The notes beneath the pieces are model-generated. The model was not told where the DNA came from and ran no database searches. It worked only from the letters and a program-made list of their open reading frames with translations. Positions 39,374 to 53,813 of a DNA stretch of 64,000 nt are shown here, piece after piece. Position 1 is the stretch's first letter; every line of letters starts with the position of its first letter. The stretch covers positions 187,426,001 to 187,490,000 of the forward strand of contig OZ024743.1 in the NCBI GenBank assembly GCA_964016885.1, given 5' to 3'. This DNA comes from Eledone cirrhosa. Taxonomy: Eukaryota. A program made the translations under genes and the position numbers.

Positions 39374-39900
39374 AAAGAATACATCACGGGCGCTCTATCT
39401 CAAAATTATTTTGGAAAAGCATTAGAAATGCGCAACCGGTAAAAACTTAAAACCCAAACTGAATACTAACCAATACTTATTACTAATTTTTACTTATTCC
39501 TAATTAAACTATTTTTCACTGGGAACAATTTGTCAGCATTTTCTTTTCCTTTTACCAATATATATATATATATATATGAGAGGTTGTGATATTCTGACAT
39601 AGCAGGATTTATATGTGGCTAGAGTTGTTTATTGAATCATATATGAAATGATCATGTAAATAAACATTTTCGATGCCTTGGTATGAATTTTAGAAGTGGT
39701 CAATTTCACCACTGGACTTTATCAACCAAGGCAGAAAACCCAAACAACCATTTCAGATGGGCTTACTCCACTTGGATGGTAAGTTGCAGGATATAATTTT
39801 GTGCTGAATCAAGTGAAGAATTGAGTCAATAAACTTAACTCATTAGATGTAGCTTGACGTAGACTGAAAATCCACTATTGAAGAACAGCATTAGTCTGTC

Positions 39901-39931
<31 letters not shown>

Positions 39932-40065
39932 AGCATAATATATATTATAATAATTACATTCACATATAACAGGAGTCTGTTCAATGTTAGTGTAGATGGA
40001 AGAAGTAATAGCAAAATCTTCTTCACATCACTTAATATAGCTATTAGAATGGATAAAACATTTAA

Positions 40066-40255
40066 ATATTGTTTCTACTTTTGGCACAAGGCCAACAATT
40101 GCCCAGTGCATTACTGGTACTTTATCTTATCGACCCCATAAGGATGAAAGGCAAAGTTAACTTCGGTGGGATTTGAACTCAGAATGGAAAGGTCCGTAAC
40201 TCTATGCATTAAAGCATGGCGTCTGACCCTCTACCGATACTGCCAATCCGCTGCC
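40066..40255 (-). mobile_element. SINE S1 with 16-bp TSD
   Basis: TSD CATTTAAATATTGTTT. Confidence 0.92.
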
Positions 40256-40527
40256 CATTTAAATATTGTTTGTTTGTTTCATGAGAAACATTTTACAGAT
40301 ATACTGCTGTATTAAGGAAACTGGATAACATTGAGCTTCTCTTATCTTTACCAGGATCTATATTGGAAAAACCCCAATATCACGATAAATTTACTATATA
40401 TATACAAACAAAATTTGTTAGTAATCTTGAACATATGGTGTAATGAGGCTGTTTGCTTGCAAACAAACTGAATATTAATAATATTATTATTATTCACTCA
40501 CAAATGCATGTCATTGACTTGACTTAA

Positions 40528-40748
40528 CCATTTAGCATTTACATTACTCTATAATTACTATTGTATTTTCATGGTAAAGTCTTTACCTTACATAATTATC
40601 TCACATAATATCGAATCTATGAGATTTTGATAGTATTCATTTTGATAACAATACCTTAACATCAGTATGAGCAGCCAGTTACAGCCAGTTTGAACAGAAA
40701 GAGGTGAAAGAATTGTTGTTGGATATGGCTAGTTTAAATGCTAAAGGG
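40528..40748. mobile_element. piggyBac-type MITE
   Basis: TTAA|CCATTTAGCATTTA ... TAAATGCTAAAGGG|TTAA. Confidence 0.7.
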
Positions 40749-40778
40749 TTAAAACCCTATGGGGGTGGGATAAGAAGT

Positions 40779-40881
40779 ATCTGTCATACATCCATGGCAT
40801 TATACTAGTTCTCCACCCACTTATTGCATCTTACAAAAGTGGGTGGAGAACTAGTATAAAGCCATGGATGTATGACAGATA
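40779..40881. repeat. ~45-bp-arm hairpin
   Basis: ATCTGTCATACATCCATGGC..CTCCACCCACTT / AAGTGGGTGGAG..GCCATGGATGTATGACAGAT. Confidence 0.85.
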
Positions 40882-41891
40882 TGGTCATAGGGAGGAAGGT
40901 GTGAGAAAGTATATACTCGGTGTATAATAAATGTGCTGGGAATTGACAAGTGGTGAGAGGGTATATAAATATATATATATATATCCATGCACTCTCTCTC
41001 TCTCATCTCCACTCTCTCTCTCTTTTTTCTATATATATACACACCCACAATCATGTATCCATGAAATTTGGCAAGCAATCAAATATATCATGAATTTTTC
41101 ATATTCTATATATCTAGATTCTAAAATAGCACTGATGTATCAATGCAAGTTATTATGATAACATGTATTTCCAAATTTTAATCTGTACAGTTATTCATAT
41201 TTAAATGTCATGTACTAGAAGCTATTATTGAATTTTTCTGTCTTGTTTGTTTTATATCATTAAAAAGCACACAGTTAGCTATGCTGAATTTTTTAAGAAT
41301 TTCATTTTGATATAAACCCTCTCCCTGACTATTCTTTATATATAAATTCATTTATGAGCTGATGAAGGATCCTCTATTTGATCTCTTCACTCACTAGAAA
41401 TAGCTGCTAACCAAATTTCCCTCAAATCATAACCCACCATCTTAGACCCCTTACAAAAAAAAAACAAAAAAAACAGAACAAAATCTAAAGATAGATTAAA
41501 CAATGTAGTCACAGATACTTGAGGTCTACATTGTCAAAAAAAAAATAAACATGGATTAGTCAAGACTAGAATGTCTTTGAATATAGGTTTCTCAAGCATG
41601 GCTGAACTTTGAACAAACAATATCATTAATATGAACTAATTTTCCTCATTGATTTTACATTTTTACTTGCATGACTTGGACGAGGGTTTTTTTTTAAGCA
41701 GTTTCTTCTACATCTTCCTGATGTGAAGCTATACTTTATTTGCAAGTATGGTGTATACCTATGGCCTCTGCCATAAACTTCATGATATATTGTTTTATGC
41801 AGAACATAAACAAATGTCACTGCTTTAAAATATTTCACAGGAATCAGACATACACTCAAATGAAAACACACACATCATCATCATATATGTA

Positions 41892-42007
41892 TAATTGTTT
41901 CTACTTTTGGCACAAGGCCAGCAATTACTCCAGTACATTACTGGTACTTTATTTTATCAACCCCGTAAGGATGAAAGGCACAGTTAACCTCGGCAGGATT
42001 TGAACTA
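41892..42007 (-). mobile_element. SINE S1, 5'-truncated
   Basis: S1 3' half. Confidence 0.88.
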
Positions 42008-42008
42008 T

Positions 42009-42051
<43 letters not shown>

Positions 42052-43920
42052 ATGAACTGCCTTTTAGTTTCTATTTACCAAATTCACACACACAGGACTC
42101 TTGCCCAAAGAGCCACTTGATGGGATATCACCCCCACCAGCACCCCACCCCCCACACACAAAACAAACAAACAACAACACATAGTTTGCGAAACAAACGT
42201 AATGATCAGCTATATGTGCAATTATAATCACTTAAATATTTTCCCATTAGACACATTTAAACTGGTGAAAAAATGTTTGATTGCCATGTTTGTCACATAC
42301 TTATTAGTCAGGATAAAGCTAGAGTATTTTATTTGTCATTCTTTTATATATTGAACAAAATATAATGTTTAATTGCTTACCACCTAACCATGTGACAAGT
42401 TGTACTTGGCTGTGACCAATAGCAGGTAAAACACAACATAACCTATCTAAGCTATTAGTGGCAATTTAGTTTTCATTCTTAGGCTAATGGTAAATATGAA
42501 AAGAGGATCCAAGAGATGAAACTGAAAAAAAAAAAAAGAAATAAGAACTCTAGAACAGGATTTGCTGAAAGTGCAAGTTGCAACCCTTATAATTTGTAAT
42601 AAAATAACAGGGGCTTTTTTGTGACATATGGGGTGTGTTGGACATTTTAAAGCCAGATGGAACCCATCCCTCTCTAGGTTTGATCATAGTTATTTTCTTC
42701 TTCAAAAAGAAAACAAGAGAAAAGATTCAAATCCAGGACTGGACTGATATTTTATTTATTGGCCCTGAAAGGATGTATGCAATGTGGCCTCAGATGGATT
42801 TGAATTCAGAATACAAAAAGCCAAAATGAATGCCACAACTCATTCTGTCTGACACTCTAGTAACTTTGTTGTTTATAAAATCATTAATAAATTTGATAAA
42901 TATTCAATTTTTTTTAATGACGGAAGTTAATGCAGAACTTTACATATAAGAGAAACATATAAAACTAAATTTATAAATTCTATAACAGATTGGTATTCAT
43001 GCTTCAGCCACTCCAGTTTTTATAGGTAATGAAGCATGGAGTTATATTTGAATCCATTACCTTAAGTTACAATGATAAACATTTGAACACTTTACCATAC
43101 AGACATAGTCCTCTGTCCTGTTATTCATCCAGTTTTACAAATACATAATTTACATTTATGAAACATAAATGTATCACATTTTGCTATAGCACATCAAATT
43201 CTGATATCTCTTGTGTAATATTTTTAGGCTTAGCTTAATCTATTGTTTAGCATTTATTCTTCTATTAGAGTTCTTTTTGTAATTTTGTAATTTAGTTTTT
43301 CTCTGTTCATTCAGTTTCAAAGCACCAGTTGCAACTCAGACACTCTAGTGTTCAATTATATTCAACCATTTGATGGAAACACACACCTATTTAGTTAGCT
43401 GCTTCTCTCTCTCTTTGCAATAATAATCTAGTCTAGATAAATCAGTCCAAACACATTAACATTGAATTCTCATAAATCCCTTCTCTGAGGTGTTAGATTG
43501 CAAAACATTATCAACAAAAGACAAATAATAAATAAAATTAAATAGAGCCTGGAGAATTTTATAAACAGGGATATTCTGTTTCATGGTGAGATATTGTCAA
43601 GAAATATTATTTTGATTCATTAATTTTTAATGCCTAAATTATTTGATATTACCATCTCAGCAGACAAAACTACAATAATTTCACACAAACTATTTTAGTC
43701 CCCACAACAAATGTGTTGGATTTATTTCTAATTTCATACAATAAATGGCGAAATTTTGTATTGCTTTCATGATGATGGCATCGAACTTTATTTTAGCTAT
43801 GATCATCTGTTCATATATATATATTGCAGAGTTATGAATGAATGAATCAGTTTCACTGTCAGTCTCCCTGCCTTGCCTGTCTTGCATGCCTGTTTGTCTG
43901 TATATCTCCCTCTCTTTCAC

Positions 43921-43977
<57 letters not shown>

Positions 43978-45096
43978 AACATGCCTCAATACAATTTTTG
44001 TGTTAATATCCATTGTGATATATTCTCATTTGTTGAGATGTGTTTCAAAGGCTATAGTTGTGTGATTACTTCTTGCTATGCAAAATGTGTTCACGCATTC
44101 CTGTATTTTATACTAGCCATGTTTAATTGCAATATATGGGCTGTAAACATGCTTGTGGAACTTTGTTGATGACTGTGTATGTATGAGATAATGAAGTAGT
44201 AATGATATGAAGTCACGTCTCAGTGAACAGCCTTTGATAACAAAATCTTTTAAGTTTATTGATTTTTCTCCACTCAGAATGAAATTATGTCAGACCGTGT
44301 AATAACAATTCTGCAATTCATTTCTTTGATATACCCTCCTTTGTTTTTCTAATCTGGTTGCAACATGATTCTGTGGGAGCATATGGGCATTTATGGTGGT
44401 TTCTAATGCACATTCTTTATCATGATCACTGCTGAGTTGATGCTTAAAAAAGATTAGCAAGAAGTATTTGTATTATGAAACATGTGATTAGTGGTATAGC
44501 AGAAGCTTGGAAGGCTCCATTCAACCCAAACGTATGAGTCAGCATGGTCAAATCAAAAGTAGATTTGACAAAAAGCTTTATTTAAAGCACTCCAATTGGT
44601 CTCATAAAAGAGATCTTGTAGAATTCTCATTACTTGTAAGTAAGTCATAATCAAACCATGCTTTTATCCTAGTTGTAAATCATATTTCACTATATTCTTT
44701 TCTAGTTGGTTGCTATCCTTACTGCTAACAACACAGTAGAAACAAGAAAACCTAGTGGAAAATGTGTTATGAGTTATGTGCTTTGTGTTGTTCTGCCAAT
44801 CAAGGAAGATATCACTTCTTCAGAGTCCCTCTCTGACAAAATACAAGTTTGATTTCTACTTTAAGCTTCAGTGATTATTGATAAGAAAGGCATCTATTTA
44901 TGAAAACAACTGGTCCACTAGAAAATATCTGACTCACACATGTTAGCATGAAAAAAGAATGTAAAGAACGCTGATATAAATCGTGAATGCACTGTATAGA
45001 TTTTAATATAAATCATATTGTGTATGATAATGACTAATTAAAGACAGAAAAGAACAACTGGCATACTGTTGGAGGCTCTATAGATTCTGTTGGATG

Positions 45097-45420
45097 CGGC
45101 ATGACTCAATGTTTATGAAGTTTGCTTTGCAACCACATGATTGCCAGTTCAATCTCACTGTGTGACATCTAGAGCGAGTGCCTGTGACTATTACCTTATG
45201 TTGACCCAAGCCCTATAAGTGTAACTAGCAGACAGAATCTGTGTGGAAGCCCATCAGATGAACTGTACCTGGAATACAAAAGTTCAGCCTTGTCACATAA
45301 TATGTCATATTGATTCTACCTGAGAATTATGTTAAGGACATATGTCTGTGGAATGCTCAGCCGCTTATATCCTAGTAGGTAGTTCAGTTGATCAAACAAC
45401 TGAATGCTCATCATTGAAAC
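45097..45420 (+). mobile_element. Old tRNA-derived SINE; second half homologous to 58905-59057
   Basis: Degenerate A/B boxes; CCTGAGAA.TA..TTAAG...TGTGGAATGCTCAGCC shared. Confidence 0.55.
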
Positions 45421-46662
45421 TTAAGGAAATCCATCTATGTTTTACAATTTCTATCAACCTACTTCCTTTTGTGTGGAAGTATTTAAATCCTTTGAAATAA
45501 CATTGATATGGGGAATACTTGTATGATACTCTCAGCCCATAGGATATGAAACTAGCACTGCAAAGTAGGTAAATATTTGTCAACTTTATAGTACTGCCAC
45601 CACTTCACTTACACCATTTTAAAGAAAATAGGAAGTGATTTGAGGGATATTTAGCTGCTATTTATATATCTAGTCCAGTGACCACACAGAGTCCATCCTT
45701 GGTTGACTCTATAGCGTTCAGTATTTTGTTACAGATTAACCACTGTCTATACCTCCATTCAATACCTCCCTCTTTCTCACTCCATCTCTTCTCATTTCTT
45801 ATAACATCTTGCTATGTTAGGTAAGATAATCATCCAGATTCCAAAATAATTGATGAGGGTCTGAATAACGGAACAACAATAGTAGTAAATCCCCAAAAGA
45901 GTTTGTTGCAGTAAGGAGCTAGTTCCTTATTCCCACTACATAGCAGTATTATGAATATGTGTATTGACCTTTAACAACTAATGGATTTGTAGGGGTGCAG
46001 TTGTGACATATTACATGCCTTAGGAATTTTAAATCTGACTGAGTCCATCCCCTCTCCACATCTGAACACAGCTCGTTTCTTTCAGAGAAGAAGAAAGAGG
46101 AAATGAAAAAGAGATGTAGAGGACGAATCAACCCCAGTACGGGACTGATACATTTTATTGACCTTGAAAGAAGGAAAGGCAAAGTAGTTTGCAATAGGTT
46201 TTGAACTCTGAATTCAGAGAGCTGGAACAAATACTGCAAAGCATTGTAACTGACATTGTAATGAGTCTACTAATTCACCACCTTCAATTATGAATATATT
46301 GCATTTAAAATAAGAAGAAAGATTATTTGAACTGATTTACTCAGCTATATTAAGGAATAGTCAAATTCAGTTCAATTAAACATAGATACATTTTTTCTCA
46401 ATAACAGAAAATAACCCAAGGCCTCCAAAGTGATGGATTTACAAGATGCAAGCATTGGAAAGATGTTTTCATTAATGAAAATCCAGCAGTTATCAAGACA
46501 TGAAAGTCTCTCCACTAAACACCACCAAGGTTATTTATGAGAAAAGTAACTGTTGAAAAAGCCTGACACCAGTGTTGTCCCAGATATTATCATCAGAATG
46601 TGAAAAGCTACAAAAGATATCACAAGGCATCCTGTGCAACACTCTAAGGATCATGTCAACCC

Positions 46663-46857
46663 CAAACCTGCCAACCTCAAAAATCCCAAACGAGGAATAC
46701 CATGAAAAAAAGTGCCCCAAAACGGGGAGAATTGAGGTAAAATGGGGAGATTTTATATAATGAAAGCTATACCCATTTTCACAAGAGAAGACATCTCTCA
46801 CTCACCCCAAAGTGGGTGAGTGATCTCCCCATCGGATGGGGAGAGTTGACAGGTCTA
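46663..46857 (+). mobile_element. MITE with short TIRs and apparent 6-bp TSD (copy 1)
   Basis: CAAACCTGCCAAC...GTTGACAGGTCTA; flanks CAACCC and CAATCC; homologous to 52397-52590. Confidence 0.65.
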
Positions 46858-48348
46858 CAATCCAGTAATTTTAGTCTAGCACAGACCTAGGATTTATCAA
46901 CTCCAAACTATTAAAAGGCATGATTAGCCTCTGCAAAATATGAACTCAAGACTCAAAGAACTGGAACAAATGCTGCAATGCACTTTAACAAAACTGCCAA
47001 TTCAGCAGAAAATAAATGCTCTAAATAAATACATACATTGCTTTATTCCAGTCATCAGCTGTTGCAATACAGCAGTAGCTATTTATTACCTCACTTCTAT
47101 CTGCTTCTTTGCTTAATTGTTTGCTTCTTGATCTGTTTGACTGTTTGCCTGCAAATATATTTAATCTCTATTTGCTGCCAGAATCAAATTTACCAACTGC
47201 ACTACTACCATCATTACCAACAGCAGCAGCAGCAGCAGCAGCCACAGCATCAATGCTATATCCACCAACAATATCGCATACTACCTCCTCTATCAGCACC
47301 AATAGCAGGACCTGCACTATCATACCACACAACACCATCAGTGCCATTACCAACAACATCATATACTACTCTACATGCTATCACATACCACCACACACTA
47401 CCACATAATGTGACACACAACCAACAAAGTACCCTCCATGTGGCCACTCAATCAGCTAGAAATAGCAGTTAAATTGTACTCAGATCTTACCCACCACCTT
47501 TGAAAAGAATACTTTGAATATTGTGGTCCTGTGTACATAAGAACAAGACAAGATAGCCACAGCAAGAATTACTTTCTGTCATACATCTACTGAATTAGGA
47601 GGGAAGAACAACAATCTTCACATGCCACCAGCACCAGCCTCATAACATAACCCCACTCCACATTTAACCATTATGCAATACCCTTTCGACGTCCATACCA
47701 ATACTACCACCCTACCACCACCACTACACTCCCCCATTTCCGCCTGCTTTATTAGCGAAACATAATGAGTTCTGATAAACCAAGCTATGTCGTATAGAAT
47801 TTGAATCATCTTCAGATTCCGGATTTAACTAATAACAACAATAACAACAACAACAATAATAACAACAAAAACAAAAACAACAGTAACAACCATGATGAAA
47901 TCCTTCAAGGTACAAGCACCCCATTAAAATAGATTCTTCACAACTGCCCTATAGAAATGAGAATTAAAATCAAAGATGGCACACACTCTCTCTCTCTCCC
48001 ACCCTCTATGCCTTTCTCTCCCGCCTTTTTTTCCCTCCTCCTCTCTCCTTCCACCCCCTTTATCCTTCCATCTCCTCTTCCCCCTCTTCATCCCAACTAT
48101 TCTCCTCCCTCTCCCTCATTCACTTACTCCCTATGTTTTCCCCTTCTTCCTCCCTCTATTCCTGCCTCTCTTTCTCTCTATCTATCCTCTATGTCCCTCC
48201 TTTATTCCTTGTCTTTCTTTCTCTATTTCTTGTTCCCGTTCCTTCATAGCTTTCAAGATTTACTGAGTAATCAGTTTTTGGAGAACACCAGCTTTATGTG
48301 TAGTTTCCTGTGACTGATGAACTGTAAATCTTTGCATTGAAGAAAAAA

Positions 48349-48633
48349 GTGGATTGGCAGTATCGGTAGAGGGTCAGACGCCATGCTTTGACGTATAGAG
48401 TTACGGCCCTTGCCATTCTGAGTTCAAATCCCGCCGAGGTTAACTTTGCCTTTCATCCTTACAGGGTCGATAAAATAAAGTACCAGAAATGTACTGGTTA
48501 ATTGCTGGCCTTGTGCCAAAAGTAGAAACAATTATTTAACTTTGCCTTTCATCCTTACAGGGTCGATAAAATAAAGTACCAGAAATGTACTGGGTAATTG
48601 CTGGCCTTGTGCCAAAAAGTAGAAACAATTATT
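48349..48633 (+). mobile_element. SINE S1 with tandem duplication of its 3' ~95 bp
   Basis: TTAACTTTGCCTTTCATCC...AAACAATTATT occurs twice. Confidence 0.9.
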
Positions 48634-48769
48634 ATTTATTTGGAAATCTAGCTTAGTATGTTGAAGAATCAAACATTCCTTCTCAAGAATTCTGGGAAAA
48701 TCTTCACATGTCCACCACATATAAACATTCACCCATAACATCCTGTTATTGCCATAGTTATTAATCTTA

Positions 48770-48918
48770 TCATCGTTGTTGTTGTTGTTGCTGTTGTTGT
48801 TGTTGTTGTTATTGTTGTTTACGTTGTTGCTGTTGTTGTTTAACCTCAGCTCAGCTCAGTACTGATTCAGTAGATCACCTAAGATCAAGTGCACCTTCCT
48901 CTTGTTGTTGCTGTTGTT

Positions 48919-48949
<31 letters not shown>

Positions 48950-49135
48950 CTGTTGTTGTTGTTGTTGTTGTTCTTGTTCTTGTCTTCTTCTCCTTCTTCT
49001 CCCCCTCCTCCTCCTCCTTCTTCCCCCCCCCCCCCCCCTCATCCTTCTTCTTCTTCTCTCCCCACCCCCCTCCTCCTCCTTCTTCTTCTTCTTCTTCTTC
49101 TTCTTCTTCTTCTTCTTCTTCTTCTTCTTCTTCTA
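48770..49135. repeat. (GTT)n/(CTT)n/poly-C microsatellite cluster
   Basis: Directly visible. Confidence 0.95.
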
Positions 49136-49139
49136 TCCA

Positions 49140-49620
49140 CATATTCCTGAGAGTATCATGGGGCTGGAATCCTCAGACATGCTTTCTAGAGAGATCTATT
49201 GGAAGTAACCATGTCCAAATAATCTGACAGGATTCCCAAGCCAGACCAACAGAGCTTATGAATTCTATCTAGATATCTAGCTCATAGTCTACCTCTGGGT
49301 CTCTGCAATTCTTTCCTTAAATATTCTAACCATAGCACCAAAGATGTGATTTCTTGAAGTGGAGAAGTAGTAGCTCCTTCATCACTGAGTTTTGAACCTT
49401 ATTGAGTAATGTTACTCCAAAGTTCCTTCAGAGAAACCTCATTGTAGCTGCTTCTGTTCACAATCATATTCTTTTTGCCATTACCCATGATTCATGACCA
49501 TAAGTAAGAGTAGGCATGAATCCCAAATTGAAGATAATAGTTTTGTTCTTACATCTATCTCACTTCTTTTAATGACTGAGTGTTGAAACTGGCACATTAC
49601 CCTACCAGGGCATTCCAGCC
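49140..49620 (-). mobile_element. Old RTE (Expander/Rex3-like) 3' fragment
   Basis: Minus strand MPTLTYGHESWVMAKR..AATMRFL. Confidence 0.55.
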
Positions 49621-50448
49621 AAAATTTCATTATCTACGATGCCTTTTCTTTTTTTTTTAAAGATAGTAGGAGGTTGTGGTTTGCAAGAAATTGCTTGTTA
49701 TTTTGAACAACAGGAAAAACAACCACTGTCTTGCTGGTTGAATATTATTGTTACTACTGTTGTTGTTGATGTTATTGGTGGTGTTGTTACTGCTGTTGTT
49801 GTTTTGCCCTGTGTCAACATTGATTGAGTAGACCTATTATCAAAATGATTCCAGCCATGACCATCTCATCTGTTTGTATATCTAGATTGTCCAATGTATC
49901 CATCTCCATTTAAGATGGTATGATGTGATTTAGTTTCTATTTTTAGTACGTTGAGTAACTTTGTAGGGGATCTAAACTCTCATTGTCTTATTTACTGTAG
50001 CATAGTGTATAAATACACTGTAGTGAGTGCTGAATTAGCAGAAATGTCAGAAAAAGTGCCTTGCAGTCTGAGTTTAAATCCCATTAAGGTCAACCATACT
50101 GGGGTTGTATTATCTCACTTGTTTTTTTCCTTTGGCACAATGCACCTGAGACATTATCAAATGTCTTTATTTTTTAAGAAAACAGGATACAATTTGATAT
50201 TATTTAGGTACCATTTCTGTTGTGTTGAACCACCACATATATATATAATTATAGTGTTGTAGTTATTACTATTGCATATGTGTAGGCTTGGTTGAGTAGT
50301 TAAGAAGTTTACTTCAAAAGCATAGAGAATTGGGTTCAATCTCACTTCATGATATCTTAAGCAAATGTCTTTTGTGAGTAAAACTGGATAAAGAGAAACT
50401 GAATGGAAGCCTGTCAAATGGATTATACCCATGATTAAATTAGTTTAA

Positions 50449-51067
50449 CCCTTTCCTTATCACATATCTAATGAAAAACACTGTCTATAACTTTCAAAAT
50501 AATCAAGAATTTGGAGTGATTTAGTAATATAACTGATGTTCTTATTATTAAGCTGGTGTTTGGAGCATAGCTTAACAAAGCTTCTTACATAAAATTATGA
50601 AGAAAGGTTTTTGGATAAATATAAACACTATAAAACAAGCAGTACTGTATATTAGAACCTGAGGCAATTTCAGGCAGTTTGGCAACAAAACGGTTAAGGT
50701 TGCATCTGTTGGTTATAGTTAGAATGCCCTTTGTTATAGACCTCCTTGATCAGCAATACTGACAATAATAACCTTTATCTAGATATAAGTAAAATAGAAA
50801 TATTTTAGATAGCACATAACATTATACAATAAAGTATTTTATGATATTCAAAACTATTTAATCCTTTCATTACCAGATTTGAAATGAAAAACACTGGCTG
50901 TCATTTTAAAATGCTTTTGGCAATCGATAATTGGGGGGGTGGGGGTGGGGATTTTGTAATATAACTAACAAGCTGGTGTGTGGAACATAACTTAACACAG
51001 GTTATTACTGAAACATCTCTGCAACTTAGAACATGGGGCATTTTCAGTTGGTTTGGTATCAAAGGGG
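50449..51067. mobile_element. Two related piggyBac-type MITEs (50449-50693 and 50862-51067)
   Basis: Each is TTAA-flanked with CCCTTT.. / ..GG ends; shared internal AAGCTGGTGT.TGGA.CATA.CTTAACA. Confidence 0.6.
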
Positions 51068-51430
51068 TTAATGTTATGTTGGTGATTATTCAGTCATTAA
51101 TACTAGAATACAATGTGTAGATAGTTCAGTTGATTAAACAACAGGAATACTCATTGTCAAAAATCTATTTGCATTTATCGATATTATGTAGGCCTCCCAC
51201 TTATCTTGTCATTTCTGATCAAGTAAAAGTTTAGAATATATAACTCAGTGCAATCCACTCAAGTTCAATTCTCTAGATATTTATATTGTGAGTTCATCCA
51301 GTTGAGAATTAACCCACAATTGCATATCTGGATGTGCAGTATTATCTGTTCTTGCAGAGCTGTGAAGCTTTCTTATCTGTTTCTGATTAGGCATGATTAA
51401 GTCAATCATTATTTAGCTGACCTGGATAAG

Positions 51431-51620
51431 GGCGGTGAATTGGCAGTATCGGTAGAGGGTTGGATTATGCTTTCCAGCATAGTTACATCCCTTTACGATC
51501 TGAGTTCAATTCCCGCCGAGGTTAACTTTGCCTTTCATCCTTACGGGGTCGATAAAATAAAGTACCAGTAATGTACTGGAATATTTGCTGGCCTTGTGCC
51601 AAAAACTAGAAACAATTATT
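51431..51620 (+). mobile_element. SINE S1 with 17-bp TSD
   Basis: TSD ATTATTTAGCTGACCTG. Confidence 0.92.
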
Positions 51621-51711
51621 TAGCTGACCTGTGAGCAAAACATCCCATTCCTGATGATCCTATCTTTTTAGAAGTATCTAGAACTACAGTATCTGATATA
51701 TATATATATAT

Positions 51712-52075
51712 GTAGAAGGTGTATAATATTGTAGAACAATAAAACTATGCATATATCAGATAAGTAGCACTCAAAATGTTGGTAGAACTGGAGTATACAT
51801 TAAAGAAGTTCTATATATTTTATTATGCTCATTTCGAAAACATCATCCTGGGACAAAAATTGTGTTCTCATCAGATAAAACATGGTAACATGATATGAGG
51901 CCTAAAAAAACTTGTCAACAGGAAAGTGCATATGTAGGTTTTGCACTTTCCTGTTGACAAGTGTTTTTAGGCTTCATATCATGTTACCTTATTTTATCTG
52001 ATGAGAACACAATTTTTGTCCCAGGATGATGTTGTTTTCGAAATGAGCATAATAAAATATATGGAACTTCTTTAA
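51712..52075 (-). mobile_element. Fold-back element with two head-to-head hammerheads (family B-related); tail homologous to 16120-16215
   Basis: Arms ~51800-51930 and ~51941-52075; hammerheads at 51817-51881 (-) and 51991-52058 (+). Confidence 0.8.
51991..52058 (+). ncRNA. Minimal type I hammerhead ribozyme (putative)
   Basis: AUUUUAU-CUGAUGA-GAAcACAA...UUGUuUUC-GAAAU-GAGC-AUA^AUAAAAU; perfect 7-bp stem I. Confidence 0.75.
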
Positions 52076-52396
52076 CCATCTTTTAATTTCTTCTTTTATA
52101 TATATATATACGTGTGTGTGTGTGCATATTTGTGCGTGTGCATGTGTGTGTGCATGTGCATGTATGTGTGTGTCTGTCTGTGTGTGTGTGTAATACATAA
52201 ATATACCTTCCACTTTGTTTTTAAAGTATAGTGGAATGTGATTTAAGGAAGATTTCATTGCTATTTTCAGCATGCCAAACAACAATTAAAGGATACTGTC
52301 ATTTTTGTTGCTGATGGTGGCAACAATGGTGATATTGGTGATGCTATTATTGTTGTTGTTTAAACACATGTTAACCCTGGTTTAGCTGACCTATGA

Positions 52397-52590
52397 CAAA
52401 CCTATAAACCTCTAAAAACCCAAACAGGGAGTACTATGAAAAAAGTACCCCAAAACAGGGAGAAATGAGGCAAAATGGGGAGATTTTATATAATGAAAGC
52501 TATACTCATTTTCACAAGAAAAGACATCTCTCACCCACCCGAAAGCGGATGGGAGATCTCCCCATTGGATAGGGAGAGTTGATAGATCTA
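52397..52590 (+). mobile_element. MITE with apparent 6-bp TSD (copy 2)
   Basis: Homologous to 46663-46857; CTATGA on both flanks. Confidence 0.65.
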
Positions 52591-53813
52591 CTATGATCAG
52601 AGACATTCCAGTCATGAACATTCTATCTTTTACAAGTAATATAGGACTGATCATCATCATTATCATCATCATCGTTTAACGTCTATCTTCCACGCTAGCA
52701 TGGGTTAGAAGGGAGTTGTCCCACTTGAAGCAAGATTGGTCAGGTGACCGTGTCTCGCTTGTATCTATCTGACAGGTTTTCTATGGATGGATGCCCTTCC
52801 TAACACCAACCACATTTACAGTGTGGACTGGGAGCTTTGTACCATGTTATGTACATGACTATATATTTTAATGTGCCCTTCATATTCATAAGCTAGTGGG
52901 GTGTTATTTTCAGAGTGATTTGGCAGCTATTTCTTGCAGGTGAACATATAGAAGTGACCATATATACAAGCTTCTTCATTTCTGTTTCGTTTTGTAAGAG
53001 CAAGTCTTGCCATTAGAGCATGTATGACTGTGTACATACGTTGACATAGTGTCATAATTGTTCACGCCTTCATGATTTGTGTATATGAAAAAGAATATAT
53101 ATGCGATATATATATTTGTCTGGAAGATGTTGATGCTGCTGTCATAGTTGCTGCCATTTATAAACATATCCATTGGTGTTGTTGTTTTTGTTGCTATAGT
53201 TATAGGTTTATAGATGTTGTTAATACTGAGGAGTGTAGTCTTTGTTGCTGTTTACCTTTCACTTTTATCAATATTTAATAACCATTCATGTAAGGGTTAC
53301 TAAGCTTCTAAATCAATATGAAATGATGAATATAAACACAATAGTGCTTTTGTCACACATTATGTGTAGGAGTATGAATGTGGTGAATATATACATATGT
53401 GCATAACATATATAGATACATACATATATATATATATATATGTATGTATATACATACATACACATATACATAACATATATATATATAATATATATATATA
53501 TATTGGGATTTAGTGATTTAATCCTGGTATGTATATAAGCATTTCTAATTTTTACCTAATTATGTATGGTTGACCTTATATGTATTTAATTAATTTCCAC
53601 GTGCTGTTGAAATGTTGGGCAAATATTCTATAGCGGTTGGCCACGAAGACGCTACTGTGGCGTATTTATTTACTGTTTCTTCATAGGTACCTTTTATTCC
53701 TATAGCATGGTCTAATTGATTTTTTGCGTGGTTAATTATGCTGATTGGGAGTAGAGGTGATGTATATATATTATCAAATAATTATCTGGACATGCTTTAC
53801 TCTATAGTATATA

